A stretch of DNA of 64,000 nt. Origin: Alphaproteobacteria bacterium. Its GTDB lineage: Bacteria > Pseudomonadota > Alphaproteobacteria > SHVV01. A program made the translations under genes and the position numbers. The stretch lies in NCBI GenBank assembly GCA_965261735.1, contig OZ253470.1:2560001-2624000 (forward strand), written 5' to 3'. The notes beneath the pieces were generated by a model. That model was not told the origin of the DNA. It made no database searches and saw only the letters and a program-made list of their open reading frames with translations. Of this stretch, positions 19,759 through 30,248 are shown piece by piece. The first letter of the stretch is position 1. The number at the start of each line of letters is the position of its first letter.

Positions 19759-22700
19759 CTATACGACGATCTCCGCGTCGGGGTCGCCGGCGGCGAGGGC
19801 GTTCATCCAGGCGAGGCAGAACTCGCGGGAGCGGTAGGCGCCATGCGCGGCAGTCTCCTCGCGCTCGACGATCGGGAAGGTGGAGTACACATAGCGCACG
19901 TCGTCGCGGCCAGTGACGCCGTAGAGGTGGAAGAAAACCGCATCCAGCTTCGCGCGCAGGAACAGGCGCCGCTCTTCGTCCCACACGAAAGGCGGCAGTA
20001 AGTCGCCGGCGGCATCGACCTGGCCCATGTCGCGGGCGAAGGGGGCCATGTCGTGGGCGGTGTAGGTCAGCTCCAGCACCGCCTCGCGGACGATCTCGCC
20101 AGCCGTGCGGAGTCCGAAGCGGACGGTCTCGTAGGTCTCGGGTGGGACGACGGGAAGCTGCTCGACAATGAACCAATTGAGGTGTTGGCCTTGAATCTTC
20201 TGACGCGCCACATAATCGAAGGGTACAGCGTCGAAATTTGCGAGAAGCAGCGCCGCATCGGCCGCAGCCGGACCATCTATCGACACGATGGGGAGCGTGT
20301 TCCCCACGCCAGAGCCCGGTATCACGGCGGAGATCATGGAGCGCACGTTTGTTGGTGCCGTGACGTCCTTGAACCCAAACAGATATGAAGCATCTGGGAA
20401 CGACGTCTCGCTCCGCATAACCCAGAACTGCGGATCGGGGAGCCACGCCGGGTCCCGGTGTTGATCAAGGGTGGCCGGCTCAGGCTGTGCGGGCCGGTGC
20501 TGGTTTTCGAGATTGACGACGACGCTGGCGGCGCGGTGGTCGAACGCCTGCACCATTTTACCTTCATAGAGCGGAACCCACTCGCCCGCCGGGCTGGCGA
20601 AGCGGTTGCCGCCGGTGGGATACGCGCCCTCCTGCTCTTCAAGCTCCGTGCGCGTGCGGAACAGGCCGGAGTCGTTGGTCATGTGAAACATCGTCGAGTA
20701 CTTCACCGACCACGCCTTCACCTCCTCGCCCGACGAGCGGTCCACCAGCACCGGCAGGCGGCCGTAGATCGCCGTAGTCAGCGCGGCATCACGGCGGGTG
20801 CGGAAGATGGGTGCAGTGCCGGTGTTCGGGTTGACGCGGGCGAAGCTCTCCGCCGTCAGCGGGAAACAACGCTCAGGGTCGTCGCGCTCGGAGACATCGT
20901 GGAGGTAGAACGCGCAATTGGCGGCCTCGCCCATCGGCGATGGGCTGGCGACAAAGATGCAGAACTTGAAGGACGCGTGAACGTCGGGGAAGAACACCTT
21001 CTTGTTCTCAAAGTCGTAGAGCGCCTTCAACCCTCCTTCCGTCGCCACACGCTTGAAGAACCGCGCCGCCGTTTTGTCCGACGCGATGCCGGAGGGCGTG
21101 AGTAGCCCGACCATGCCGTCGGGCTTCACCAGCGTCATCGCGCGCTCGACGAAGAGCGAATAGAGATTCAGGTCACCACCGGAGAGCAACGGATAGTCGC
21201 CGCCACTGCGCGCCATTCGGGCAGCGGCCGTCGCCCGTTCGCTCGCCAAGGCATAGTCCTGCGCCAGGGGATCGTCAGCTTGTTTCAGCGCCGCGATCAT
21301 ACGCTTGCGGTCGGCCGCACGCGGTGCGAGCGCGATCTCGCGCCGGCGAGTGGCGAACCATTCCACCTGTTGCAGCTTCATCCGGTCCCACGGCGGATTG
21401 CCGATCACGGCGTCGAAGCCGCCGGCAGACCTCGCGCTATGCCAATTCTTCCAGACGCCGGGGAAGGCCGCCTGCCAGTTGAGGAAGCGTTCCTCGTCGA
21501 TAAGGCGGCGAGCCTCGTGCAACAGTTCGGCGAAGTGCGCGCTCTCGGGCCGTTCCGCCGAGGCCTCGGCCCGGCCCAGCGCGATCTCGATGGGGTCGCC
21601 GAGAAAGCCGCCGAAGAAGGACTGCAGCGCTGTCTTGCTTTCGCGGTCCCGCACGTCCAGCCAGTCGAGGGCGTGCACCAGGGAGAGGATGGCATCCAGC
21701 GGTGCGGTGGCCTCTTCCACCTGGGCAAAGGTCTCAGCGGAGCGGTGCGCCTCGGCGATCTCTGCGTCGGTCAGCTCCTCGATCGTCTGCATTTCCCGCG
21801 CGGCAAGTCCCGCCTGGGTGACGGAGCCGTGCAGAAGCAACGGGCTGCCATACTCGGTCGCCTTGTCGATCCCGCCCCGCGCCCAGGCGCCGAATAGGCT
21901 GTCGCCGCAGCGAAGATGGTGATCCAGGAAGCTGAGCGGCGCCCCCACCGTGAAGGTGTGCAGCCAGAGCGCGACCTTGGCCAGCTCGACCGCCATGGGG
22001 TTCTTGTCGACGCCGTAGACGCAGCGCTTGAGGACCATGCGCCGGACGATGTGGCGGTCGTCGAGCCGGTCCCGGTCGATGGCCCAAGCGCGCTCCTCGG
22101 CGTTCGCCACGATCCTGTCGCGGATGTCCTGGATGCGGCCCACGAGCGGCGAGACATAGCCGTCTGCCAGCGCTTCCGCTTCGGCCATGGCCGCGATCAC
22201 TCCGTCGGCGAGGTAATCGACCAGACTGACCAGGAAGTGCCCGGACCCCATGGCCGGGTCGCAGACCTTCAACTCAAGAATCTTCTCGGCTGGGTCGAGC
22301 GCTGCGAGCCGCGCAACCGCCCGCTCGCGCTCAAGTCCGTCTACCGGCATTCGCCCGGCTTCCGCCTCGAAGGCGTCCGCGCGCGCCTGCACGAGCGGCC
22401 CAATCGTTTCCTCGACGATCAGCCCGACCAGGTCGTCCGGCGTGTAGTAGCTGCCCGAACCCTTGCGGGCGAAGATGTTGAGGCGGACGGCCACCCCGTC
22501 ACCGTCTAGCGCGAGTTCGTGTTCCAGCAGACGCTCGTAGATAGAGCCGAGCTGGCGGACGCCGAGGTCGCGATAGTTGATATAGCGGCGGCCCGCCGGT
22601 CCTTGCTCGAACGAAAGGGCGTCGATGACATCGGCCATGACCCGGTCGCCGAGCCGGATGCGGTCGAGAAGCGGCGCACGCTCCCGATCGAAGAGGCCAC

Positions 22701-23761
22701 CATTGTAGGGCGGCAGGCCGATGGCAACGTCGCCCTGGTCGATGGCGCGGCAGAGATCGGCCACAACCGACCAATAGCGCGCCGCGGTCTCGGAGAAGAC
22801 ATCGTCCTGGTCCTTGCGGCGGCCGACATCGCCGCGAACCCTGTCGCGGAGCGCGTAGTCGTCGTAACGCCAATCGCGGACGGGCAGCAGGTCGCGGTCT
22901 TCGGCATAGAGGATGAAGAGAAGCCGGTACAGCAGCAGGGCGGCCTCGCGCACCTCCGACAGAGGCGCGTCCGGCTCAGCCGCGGCGATCGCACGTGCGA
23001 GCTCAGGAAAGACCTGGCCGAAGACCAGATCGGACAGACTGGCGGTAACACGCTCCTCGTAGAAGCGGCCTTCCGCGATGGCGCGCTGATGGAAGGTGCG
23101 CGCGTCGGCCACGTCCGGTACGAAGGCTTCGCGCCGGAAGACTAATTTGAAGACCTTGAGGCAGTGACGGCGTTCCGCCTCGTCGAGCGCAAACAGACCG
23201 TCGTTGTGGCCGGGGAGGTCGAGGATCGCCGGGAGATCGACCTCGAAGAACTGTTCAGAGACCGACCGCGCGCCCTGATAGTAGAGGCGCCATCGTGCGC
23301 CGTTGGTGAGAATGCCCCAGCGGAGCCTGCCCGTGGTTACATCGTCGATCCGCCGCAGGTAGCGCAGCATCTGCGTCGACGGGGCCGTCTCTTCGCCATG
23401 CCGCCCGGAGCGGCGGTCGAGTGGACGCAGCGGCGAAGCCGTTGGCTTGGCCCTTCGCCGCTTCATCCGCGAACAGCAATCCGTCCGGCACGTCCACCCG
23501 GCCGTATGCGCTTAGGTTTTGCTGTCGCAGGCTCGCCGTCCACCCAAGCCGTGCGAGGACGGGCCAGATCAGATCATCCTCGGTCTGGCTTTCGTTGGGC
23601 GATGCGGCGGCCGGGAAGCGGTCGCAGATCGCGCGCAGCGCGGCCTCGAGGTCTTCAAGCGACGCGTCGTCCAGTTCCGGCCAGTCGGGCGATCGGGTGA
23701 TGGCATCGCGAAGGAAATCGCTGGCGAAGAGGCTCCCCTGAAATGCGGTGTCGAGGCTCAT
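19759..23761 (-). pseudogene. Type IIG (Eco57I-like) restriction-modification enzyme, frameshifted near 23430; methyltransferase and recognition regions remain open
   Basis: NESQTE and VPDG in 5' ORF; WGILTNG, LGSIYERLLE, GSYYTP, DPAMGSGHFL (motif I), IGNPPW (motif IV) in long ORF. Confidence 0.85.
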
Positions 23762-23965
23762 GCGCCTATGATCCACGATCCAGTTCAATATTTCAGCATC
23801 ACGCCATTGGCGTGCGGCATCACGACTGTGGGGGGCGGGCTATGCGTGATCATACCTTCACTAACTTTCGGACGTTGCTCAAATGTAACTACCCAGGTCT
23901 GATTGGCCCGAGCGTTTGTATGTGAGGGATCGTGGGGGTCCGGGCTGGTAGCGGTGCCGGTGTTC

Positions 23966-25504
23966 TCAGAGGCGCAGTTGGGGGATTAGTTGCATCGGAT
24001 CGGGATGCACCAGGGTCTGGAGGACGTTCCAGCCTTGCTTTCGGGCGGTGGCGATGACGGCACGCATTCTGGCGAAGTTGTAGGCACCCCTCTCGCAGCG
24101 GAAGCCACCGGAGATCTTCTGGCGCAGCTTGGCCATTCGGAGGTCACGTTCGGCCTCATTGTTCGTAAACGGCGTGCGCGGGTCGGTGAGGAATCGCAGG
24201 CATCCCTCCTTGTGCTTGCGGAGGCGGAGCGCGAGGTTATGACCGATGCGGCGTTTCTTTCGTCCGCGCTTGCCGGTCCGGAGCGGCGGCTGCGCCTCGT
24301 GGAAGGCGATGGCGTGGTCGAGGATGCGGGCCCAGGCCCGCGAGATCCGGGCCCCCAGGGAGGCGGGCACGTCGCGGCCGTTCTCACGGGAGAAGCGGGT
24401 AGCCCTGTGTGCGCGCTCAAGGAGGCGGTGCATGCTCTTTGCCCAGTCTTCCTTCTCGATGTCGATCAGGGCCTGGAGTTCGCGCAGGTGATGGGCGTTG
24501 CAGGCGCCGTGGCGCACGCCCTTGAGGGTGAAGTAGGCGGCGTAATCGTCATGGATGAGGATGCCTTCGAGGTCCTTTTCGACATCGCCGCGTCCCGCGC
24601 CGATGCGCAGGACGGTCAGGAATGGGGTGCACAGCACGTGGAGCCAGCGGGTACGGGCGGCGATCCGCAGGCCGGTTTCGTCGAGGTGCTTGACCGGGAC
24701 CGCTGTGCGGATCACGTCTGCGACATGGGCGAGGAAGGGCTCGAAGCGCCTGGCGGTTCGCCGGCCCATGGCGGTGATCGTGGCTGTGGAGATGGACACT
24801 GCGAAGAGGTCGCTCATGAGTTCGGCCAAGCGCTTCTCGGGAACGAACTGGGCGTACAGCAGGTAGCTCACCCAGGCGGTGATGCGTGGCCCGTACTGGA
24901 CCGGGGCGGTCACGCCGTCCGCGAAGACGGCTCCTGTCACGGTGGCGCAGGCGCCGCAGAGGCAGCGATGGGCGCGGTGTTCGGTGACCTCCAGGGGGCG
25001 TGGCTCGGGCACATCGAAGACCTGTCGACAGACGGGCGCGCGGTGACGGTCGGCGTCCGACAGCGGTGCGCCGCAGCCCGAACAGGCGGAGGGGTCATGA
25101 TCCACAACATGGTCCGGGCTCTCGGTCCGCGCCAGCGTCGTTCCCTTGTGGCCCGGCTGGCCGCCGCTTGGCCTGCCGGACTTGCCGCGCTGGCTTCGGG
25201 TGCGCCTCTGGGTTCGGCTCTTCTTGCGCAGGCCGTCGCTGGCGGGCGGCTTGCTGCTGGTGGTGCTGTCAAGCGCCGCGCTCCGCTCGAGCTCGGCGAT
25301 GCGGTCCCGCAGGGTCGCGTTCTCCCGCTCGAGCGCGGCATTCTCCCGGACGAGCGCCGTGGCCAGGCGCAACAGCCCCTGGCCCCATTCCCGGAAGGCC
25401 TTGACGACTGTGGTTGCGAAGGATGAGGGGTCAAGAAGATCTTGCAGGCACGCGAAGGCCTCGTCATGGGCGGCGAGGTCCTCGTGCCAGCGCGACAGCG
25501 TCAC
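23966..25504 (-). CDS. IS66 family transposase
   Basis: coiled coil, SSKPPASD, GGQPGH, CxxC zinc finger, HLDETG, HDDY, TNNEAERDLR. Confidence 0.94.
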   Translation of the reverse strand: MTLSRWHEDLAAHDEAFACLQDLLDPSSFATTVVKAFREWGQGLLRLATALVRENAALERENATLRDRIAELERSAALDSTTSSKPPASDGLRKKSRTQRRTRSQRGKSGRPSGGQPGHKGTTLARTESPDHVVDHDPSACSGCGAPLSDADRHRAPVCRQVFDVPEPRPLEVTEHRAHRCLCGACATVTGAVFADGVTAPVQYGPRITAWVSYLLYAQFVPEKRLAELMSDLFAVSISTATITAMGRRTARRFEPFLAHVADVIRTAVPVKHLDETGLRIAARTRWLHVLCTPFLTVLRIGAGRGDVEKDLEGILIHDDYAAYFTLKGVRHGACNAHHLRELQALIDIEKEDWAKSMHRLLERAHRATRFSRENGRDVPASLGARISRAWARILDHAIAFHEAQPPLRTGKRGRKKRRIGHNLALRLRKHKEGCLRFLTDPRTPFTNNEAERDLRMAKLRQKISGGFRCERGAYNFARMRAVIATARKQGWNVLQTLVHPDPMQLIPQLRL

Positions 25505-26166
25505 GGGTCCTCGGCATCGACGGCCATCATGGCGGCCAGCACCGCGAGGCGTTCGCCCGCCGGCAAGGCCTTGTAACGCCGGCCCCAGTTGGCCGCCTTA
25601 CGCTTGATGCGCTGGCGGTCGGTGAAGTTCCGGCCTGCGTAGCTCGCCCAATGCACCCGGTCGGGCGCGAAGTTGAACCACACGACCTCGGTCCGCACCT
25701 GGGCCTGGGTCGTCACCTGCAGCGCCAGACTGCGCCAGCCCGCCAGCATCTCGTCATAGAGCGCCGAGGGATGGCCCGAGACCATCACCTGGCAGGGCAG
25801 ATCCTTGAGCAGGTCCAGGAGCGCGACATGGTCGACCTCCTCGTAGTCGAAGCGATAGCGCCGTGCCGAACGGCGGGTCGCGTGCAGATAGGGGGGATCG
25901 CTGTAGACCAGCTCCGGGCCCAGAAACGGGAACGAGGCCAAAAAGGCATGGGCACAGCCATGCACCAACTCGACCGGGTAGTCACAGGCAAAGGCCTCGA
26001 GCGCCTGCGCATCGCGGTCGATACCGATCGAGCGCACGCCCGTTGGCTTGCGCTTCATCAGCGCACCGCCCCCCAGGTGGCTCTCGATGTAAACGCTGTG
26101 CGGCGGCATCAGCGCAATCAGCGCCTGGCACAGACCGCTCGTCGCCTTCGACCCGAAATATCCCAC
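25501..26166 (-). CDS. Dam/D12-class N6-adenine DNA methyltransferase (compact, 221 aa)
   Basis: YFGSK, ESHLGGGA (SAM binding), YSDPPY (catalytic); GTGA stop/start overlap with the transposase. Confidence 0.88.
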   Translation of the reverse strand: MGYFGSKATSGLCQALIALMPPHSVYIESHLGGGALMKRKPTGVRSIGIDRDAQALEAFACDYPVELVHGCAHAFLASFPFLGPELVYSDPPYLHATRRSARRYRFDYEEVDHVALLDLLKDLPCQVMVSGHPSALYDEMLAGWRSLALQVTTQAQVRTEVVWFNFAPDRVHWASYAGRNFTDRQRIKRKAANWGRRYKALPAGERLAVLAAMMAVDAEDP

Positions 26167-26341
26167 GCGCCGCTCCCGTCACACGAGAGCGCAACCCATA
26201 GACGCCCGATTCTATGGAGTCAAGAGACGATCAACGACGCGGCGGCGGAAACCCGGGCCGGTAAACAGCTTGCCGCAACGCAAGTGCATCGCCATTGTCG
26301 TCCTCCTGTCTCCGCCGCGCGCGGGCCGGCGGCCAGATCAC

Positions 26342-27040
26342 CTACTGAACCGCTTGCACGCGCCGGTAGATCTCTCCATACATAAAAAAGACGACGTCCT
26401 TGTACGCGTCGACGATCTTGATGACGCGCTTACGATCGGCCTGGGTCGGCGCGAACTCTTCGAGGAGCTCGCGCCCGATCCCCGAATGGTCACCGTCGGC
26501 CACATCGTGCACGCGCCAGAACGCGACCTGCTGCTCGCTCAGCCCGAACTTCTCCTGAAACTTGTCGGCGATACGCCCGAAGGTACCGGGGATCATGGCC
26601 TCGCCGGAGAGCATGTGGGCGGTCGCCCCCTCGAGGAAATCCGACTCGCACAGCTTCTCCAGGTACGCCTTCCAGGCGAGCGCGGTCGGCATGTAGTCGG
26701 CCTTCCACAGCTCCTCCTCCGTCCAACCCACCGCCGTCCCGAAATCGATGTACAGCTCGCAGTGCGGGCGGCCGCCGGCGAACAACTTGCCGGTTCCCTC
26801 CTCGTAGCAAATCTCGGCGATCAGCTTGCGCCAACGGTAGTCCGGGCAGTGCAGGTACAACCGGCCATGGTAGTTGTAGTTGGGCAGCGGCACGATGCTG
26901 TAGTGGTAGGCGAATTCCTTGACCTGATCGCGGCTTAGATTGCCGTCCACCAAGTCGCGCCACAGCGGCTGCGAATACAGCGGCCGCTCCTCGTGCATCT
27001 GGGCGATCCGTTTCAGAACGTCATCGATACTCAGGGTCAT
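26342..27040 (-). CDS. heme-oxygenase-like (TenA/PqqC/CADD superfamily) iron-containing redox enzyme
   Basis: YEEG...PHCELY, E, FWRVHDVADGDH ligand pattern; 232 aa. Confidence 0.75.
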   Translation of the reverse strand: MTLSIDDVLKRIAQMHEERPLYSQPLWRDLVDGNLSRDQVKEFAYHYSIVPLPNYNYHGRLYLHCPDYRWRKLIAEICYEEGTGKLFAGGRPHCELYIDFGTAVGWTEEELWKADYMPTALAWKAYLEKLCESDFLEGATAHMLSGEAMIPGTFGRIADKFQEKFGLSEQQVAFWRVHDVADGDHSGIGRELLEEFAPTQADRKRVIKIVDAYKDVVFFMYGEIYRRVQAVQ

Positions 27041-27092
27041 GCCAAGCCATCCGTCCTCGGCGGTCTAGAGAGCGCCTCCGCGAAAACGCATA

Positions 27093-27122
27093 GGGGGAGG
27101 ACCGCGCGTGCGGCCCTCCCCC
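27093..27122. terminator. GC-rich hairpin downstream of the substrate-binding gene (stabiliser or attenuator)
   Basis: GGGGGAGGACCGC-gcgt-GCGGCCCTCCCCC stem; no clear U tract. Confidence 0.45.
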
Positions 27123-27132
27123 TTGAGAGTAC

Positions 27133-28164
27133 TCAGCCCTTATAGGGGCCGATCTCGGCTAGCACCTCTTCCACCAGCGTACGGTCAAGAACGTCCGCCG
27201 CCGTGAGCTTCTTTTTCAACCCGCCCATTTCCATCTGTACCTTGACGGTGAACTCGGTGATCTCAGGCTCGACCCCACCGTTGACGCCCCACACCTTCGT
27301 GGCGTTGAGCCGCCCGATGACTTCGACCAAAATGTCCTTGTCGACGTCGGGAAGGATCTTGTGCATGATCCCCGCCGCCTGCTCAGGGTTGTCCATGATA
27401 AACCGTGCACCTTCGATGGTGCCGTGGACGAACCCTTTCAGGGCCTTGCGCATCTTGGGATCCGCTAGGTCCCCTTCACGCACCGCGAGGTAGGTGTAAC
27501 CAAGCCCGGGGAACTCCAAGGCCACCGGCGTGATGATGTTGATGTCGCCGGCGCGATGGCCGATCGTCGTATAGAGCGTATTGATCATCGTCGCCTGGAC
27601 GCGGCCCGCGATCACGGCCTGTAGGCGCGCGGCGTGACTGCCGACCTGCTGGAACTTCACCGTGCTCGGGTCGACGCCGTTCTTGCGCAGCACCATCTTC
27701 GGAATCTCGGTGGTGAGGTCCATCGGGCCCGCCGACGCGAAGGTCAAGCCCGCCAACTCGCTCAGTGTGGTGGCGACGCCCTTGCGGGCGATGATGTGGT
27801 AGTCGACCACCGGCTGCGAGGCGACGATGACCTTGACTTTGGCGCCCTCGCTCAGGGCCGAGAACATCGTCGTCGGACCGACGCCGCCGACCAGAGCCTG
27901 GTTGGCGAGCAGCGCGCGCATGCTGTTGGCGTCGCCCTTGACGTAGACCTCCTCGAACTTGATGCCATGCTTGGCGAAGAAGCCCATCTCATCGGCGACG
28001 TACCATGGCAGTCCGAAGGGTTGCGGCGCACCCGATCCATTGGAGCGCTTGACGACCATGAGTTCGGCCGCGCTCGCCCCGCCCGCGACGATCACCGCCG
28101 CGAGCACGCCGACCGCCGTCCCCAAGAGCGCGCGTCGTGACCTACTCCATAAACCCGTCCCCAT
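27133..28164 (-). CDS. ABC transporter substrate-binding protein (SsuA/THI5/NMT1-like)
   Basis: RR-containing signal, YVADEMGFFAKHGI, ARLQAVIAGRVQA; start at 28164 or 28239. Confidence 0.85.
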   Translation of the reverse strand: MGTGLWSRSRRALLGTAVGVLAAVIVAGGASAAELMVVKRSNGSGAPQPFGLPWYVADEMGFFAKHGIKFEEVYVKGDANSMRALLANQALVGGVGPTTMFSALSEGAKVKVIVASQPVVDYHIIARKGVATTLSELAGLTFASAGPMDLTTEIPKMVLRKNGVDPSTVKFQQVGSHAARLQAVIAGRVQATMINTLYTTIGHRAGDINIITPVALEFPGLGYTYLAVREGDLADPKMRKALKGFVHGTIEGARFIMDNPEQAAGIMHKILPDVDKDILVEVIGRLNATKVWGVNGGVEPEITEFTVKVQMEMGGLKKKLTAADVLDRTLVEEVLAEIGPYKG

Positions 28165-28342
28165 GACTCTCCTCCCTTTCCTCGCCTGATCGGATGTTGT
28201 TTCCGATCCATCGGCCCGACCTGATTCGGTGGGCCACATTATTCCTTTTGCCTAGCGGCGCCGCTAATCGACCACCGCCGCGGCGCGATGATAGCCGTCG
28301 CCATGGCGCAGTTCAACTCGCCACTCTCGGGCCGTCGACCGC

Positions 28343-29170
28343 CTACTTGATGCGCTCGCGCTCCAACGTGCGCCACTTCGACAGTCTGCGCTCCGTATGC
28401 TGGACGAGCTGGGTCAGGGCGACGCCCATGAGGCCTACGATAATGATCGGCACGAACATCTTCGAGGTCGCGAACACGGCACCGTAATTGACGATCATCC
28501 CGCCGAGCCCGGAGATCGCCGTGAAGAACTCGGCCACGATCATTGCTGTGATGCCGAGCCCGACCGAGAGGCGAATGCCGGCCATCACGTAGGGCGTCGC
28601 GGCCGGAAGTGTGATCTTGAAGAAGATGTCGCTTTCGCTGGCGCCGAAGGCGCGGCCGATCTCCAGCAGCGAGCCGCGCACGTCCTTGATGCCGGCGTAG
28701 GTGTTGATGATCACGGGAAAGATCGCAATCGAAATGAGAATCGTTAGCTTGCCAGCGGTCTCCAGCCCGGCCCACAGGATGATGAGGGGCAGGAGCGCGA
28801 TCCGCGGAGTCACGTAGAGCGCGTTGACGAAAGGGTCGAGCGTGTATTCGATGAACCACCACTGGCCGAGCATCACGCCGAGCGCGATGCCGCCGACTAT
28901 CGAAACGGTCATTCCGACCGTAAACAGCAACAAGCTTTCCTTGAGCGCCACGGCGAGATCACCGCTCAGGATGACCTCCCAGGTCGCCACGAACACCTTT
29001 GTCGGCGAGCTGAGAAAGAGTGGGCTGACCGAACGCCCGAAGTACTCCCACGCGATGAAGAAGATAGCGACGACGACAACGCGGATCAGGTTGGGATGCA
29101 GGCGCAGGAAGCGAACCGCCGCCGCGCCCGGGCTTAGTTCCCGGCCTGCGACCGGTTCCCTGCTAGCCAT
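28343..29170 (-). CDS. ABC transporter permease (SsuC/TauC-like)
   Basis: six TM segments, EAA-like loop EIGRAFGAS, LPAATPYVMAGIR, AEFF. Confidence 0.9.
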   Translation of the reverse strand: MASREPVAGRELSPGAAAVRFLRLHPNLIRVVVVAIFFIAWEYFGRSVSPLFLSSPTKVFVATWEVILSGDLAVALKESLLLFTVGMTVSIVGGIALGVMLGQWWFIEYTLDPFVNALYVTPRIALLPLIILWAGLETAGKLTILISIAIFPVIINTYAGIKDVRGSLLEIGRAFGASESDIFFKITLPAATPYVMAGIRLSVGLGITAMIVAEFFTAISGLGGMIVNYGAVFATSKMFVPIIIVGLMGVALTQLVQHTERRLSKWRTLERERIK

Positions 29171-29200
29171 CGGGCGGCGGCCGGCCCGCGATGCCGCTAC

Positions 29201-29368
29201 CTAGGCGGCTTCGATGTGACGGATCGCGCCGCCCTCGGCGCCGAGCGCCTTGACCCGCTCCTGATCGTACATGTCCTGCCAGAAGCGATAGGAGAAGGTG
29301 CTGACGCCCTGCGTCTGGATCGGCGGCAGATCGAGGGCGATCGCATCGCCCGCCAGATAGACCTCCTC
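29201..29368 (-). pseudogene. 3' fragment of an unknown gene upstream of the permease
   Basis: GC3-rich coding-like tail (EEVYLAGD...RHIEAA*) abruptly joined to IS-derived sequence at ~29369. Confidence 0.5.
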
Positions 29369-29483
29369 TTGCCCAGTTGAACGGGGTCGCGTGGGCGCTT
29401 GAGGCGATTTCCTGTCATAATCGCAGCATACCACGATTTGGGCTGAGGATTCAAACTGGCGCGATTCAAACTGTACCACTACC
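29369..29483 (-). mobile_element. IS1-like element end with truncated small basic ORF (MTGNRLKRPRDPVQLGK)
   Basis: terminus GGTAGTGGTACAGTTTGAATC (reverse complement of 29463-29483), similar to 29831-29850. Confidence 0.5.
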
Positions 29484-30026
29484 CGAATTAGAGATCGGCT
29501 TTTCCATGCGAGGACCCGCAGCGCGGCCAGGGTAGAGGGCCCCACTTACGTAGGGTCCGAGCGTTGTCGGATTTCGTCGTGTTGTCGCGCGACAAAATAC
29601 AGAAGGTGATTGTCGAACCTCTCATCTGGAGCTGAATAGCCTCCATATCACGCCCAAAACAGTGGCAGGGGGCAAGGCGTCGGGTAGGGGTCTGTCGAGA
29701 ACACTCTTGCAACGTCGTTTGGGTTAATGCCCTGAGGACTCAAATCCGTGGCAACCTCGTCGGCATGGGGAAACCGCCTTTGTCCCGGGGCTTATAAAGG
29801 AAGCTTGACAGAGCGTGACCCATTCGTGGGGAGGTGTCTCAGTTTGAAATATGGCGAGGCTGGCTTGGGAATGGGCCATGCATTTCAGTTGATTTCAGTT
29901 GATTTTAAGTGAGTCTAGGTGCGATCGTGTAGCCGGGCGTGAGGCCCTAATCATCGACGAGGGAGGATCGACCATGGACATGTTGAACTGGGGCGAGCGA
30001 CTGCCCGACGCGGAACGGCTCTAGCC

Positions 30027-30248
30027 GTGCCTAAGGGGCCACAGGGCCGGCGGCGCCCTGCCGACGTGATCGGTGCCGTCCACGTCGCCAGGATCGCTAC
30101 GGGCGAAATCGAAGAGGCGCCACCAAACGAAGCCGCCAAAGTGCGAGCGGGTCAGGCCGGTGCGCGCGTGCGCGCGGCGTCCCTAACGCCGGATGAGCGT
30201 GGCGCGATCGCACGCCGCGCCGCAGCTGCACGATGGACAAGAGAATGA
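30027..30248 (+). CDS. small basic protein of the PKGP...RPADVIG family, usually found beside IS1-like DDE transposases
   Basis: MPKGPQGRRRPADVIG...IATGEIEE...RAASLTPDERGAIARRAAAARW. Confidence 0.7.
   Translation: MPKGPQGRRRPADVIGAVHVARIATGEIEEAPPNEAAKVRAGQAGARVRAASLTPDERGAIARRAAAARWTRE

Larger units (their letters stand above)
23885..26273 (-). mobile_element. IS66-family (single-transposase, ISBst12-like) element carrying a methyltransferase gene
   Basis: left terminus GTAACTACCCAGG; putative right terminus GCAAGCTGTTTACC (reverse complement); no target duplication found. Confidence 0.65.

Noticed and set aside
23877-26281. 8-bp target duplication for the IS66 element
   Set aside because: The flanks (GCTCAAAT versus CGCAACGC) do not match, so the right boundary remains tentative.
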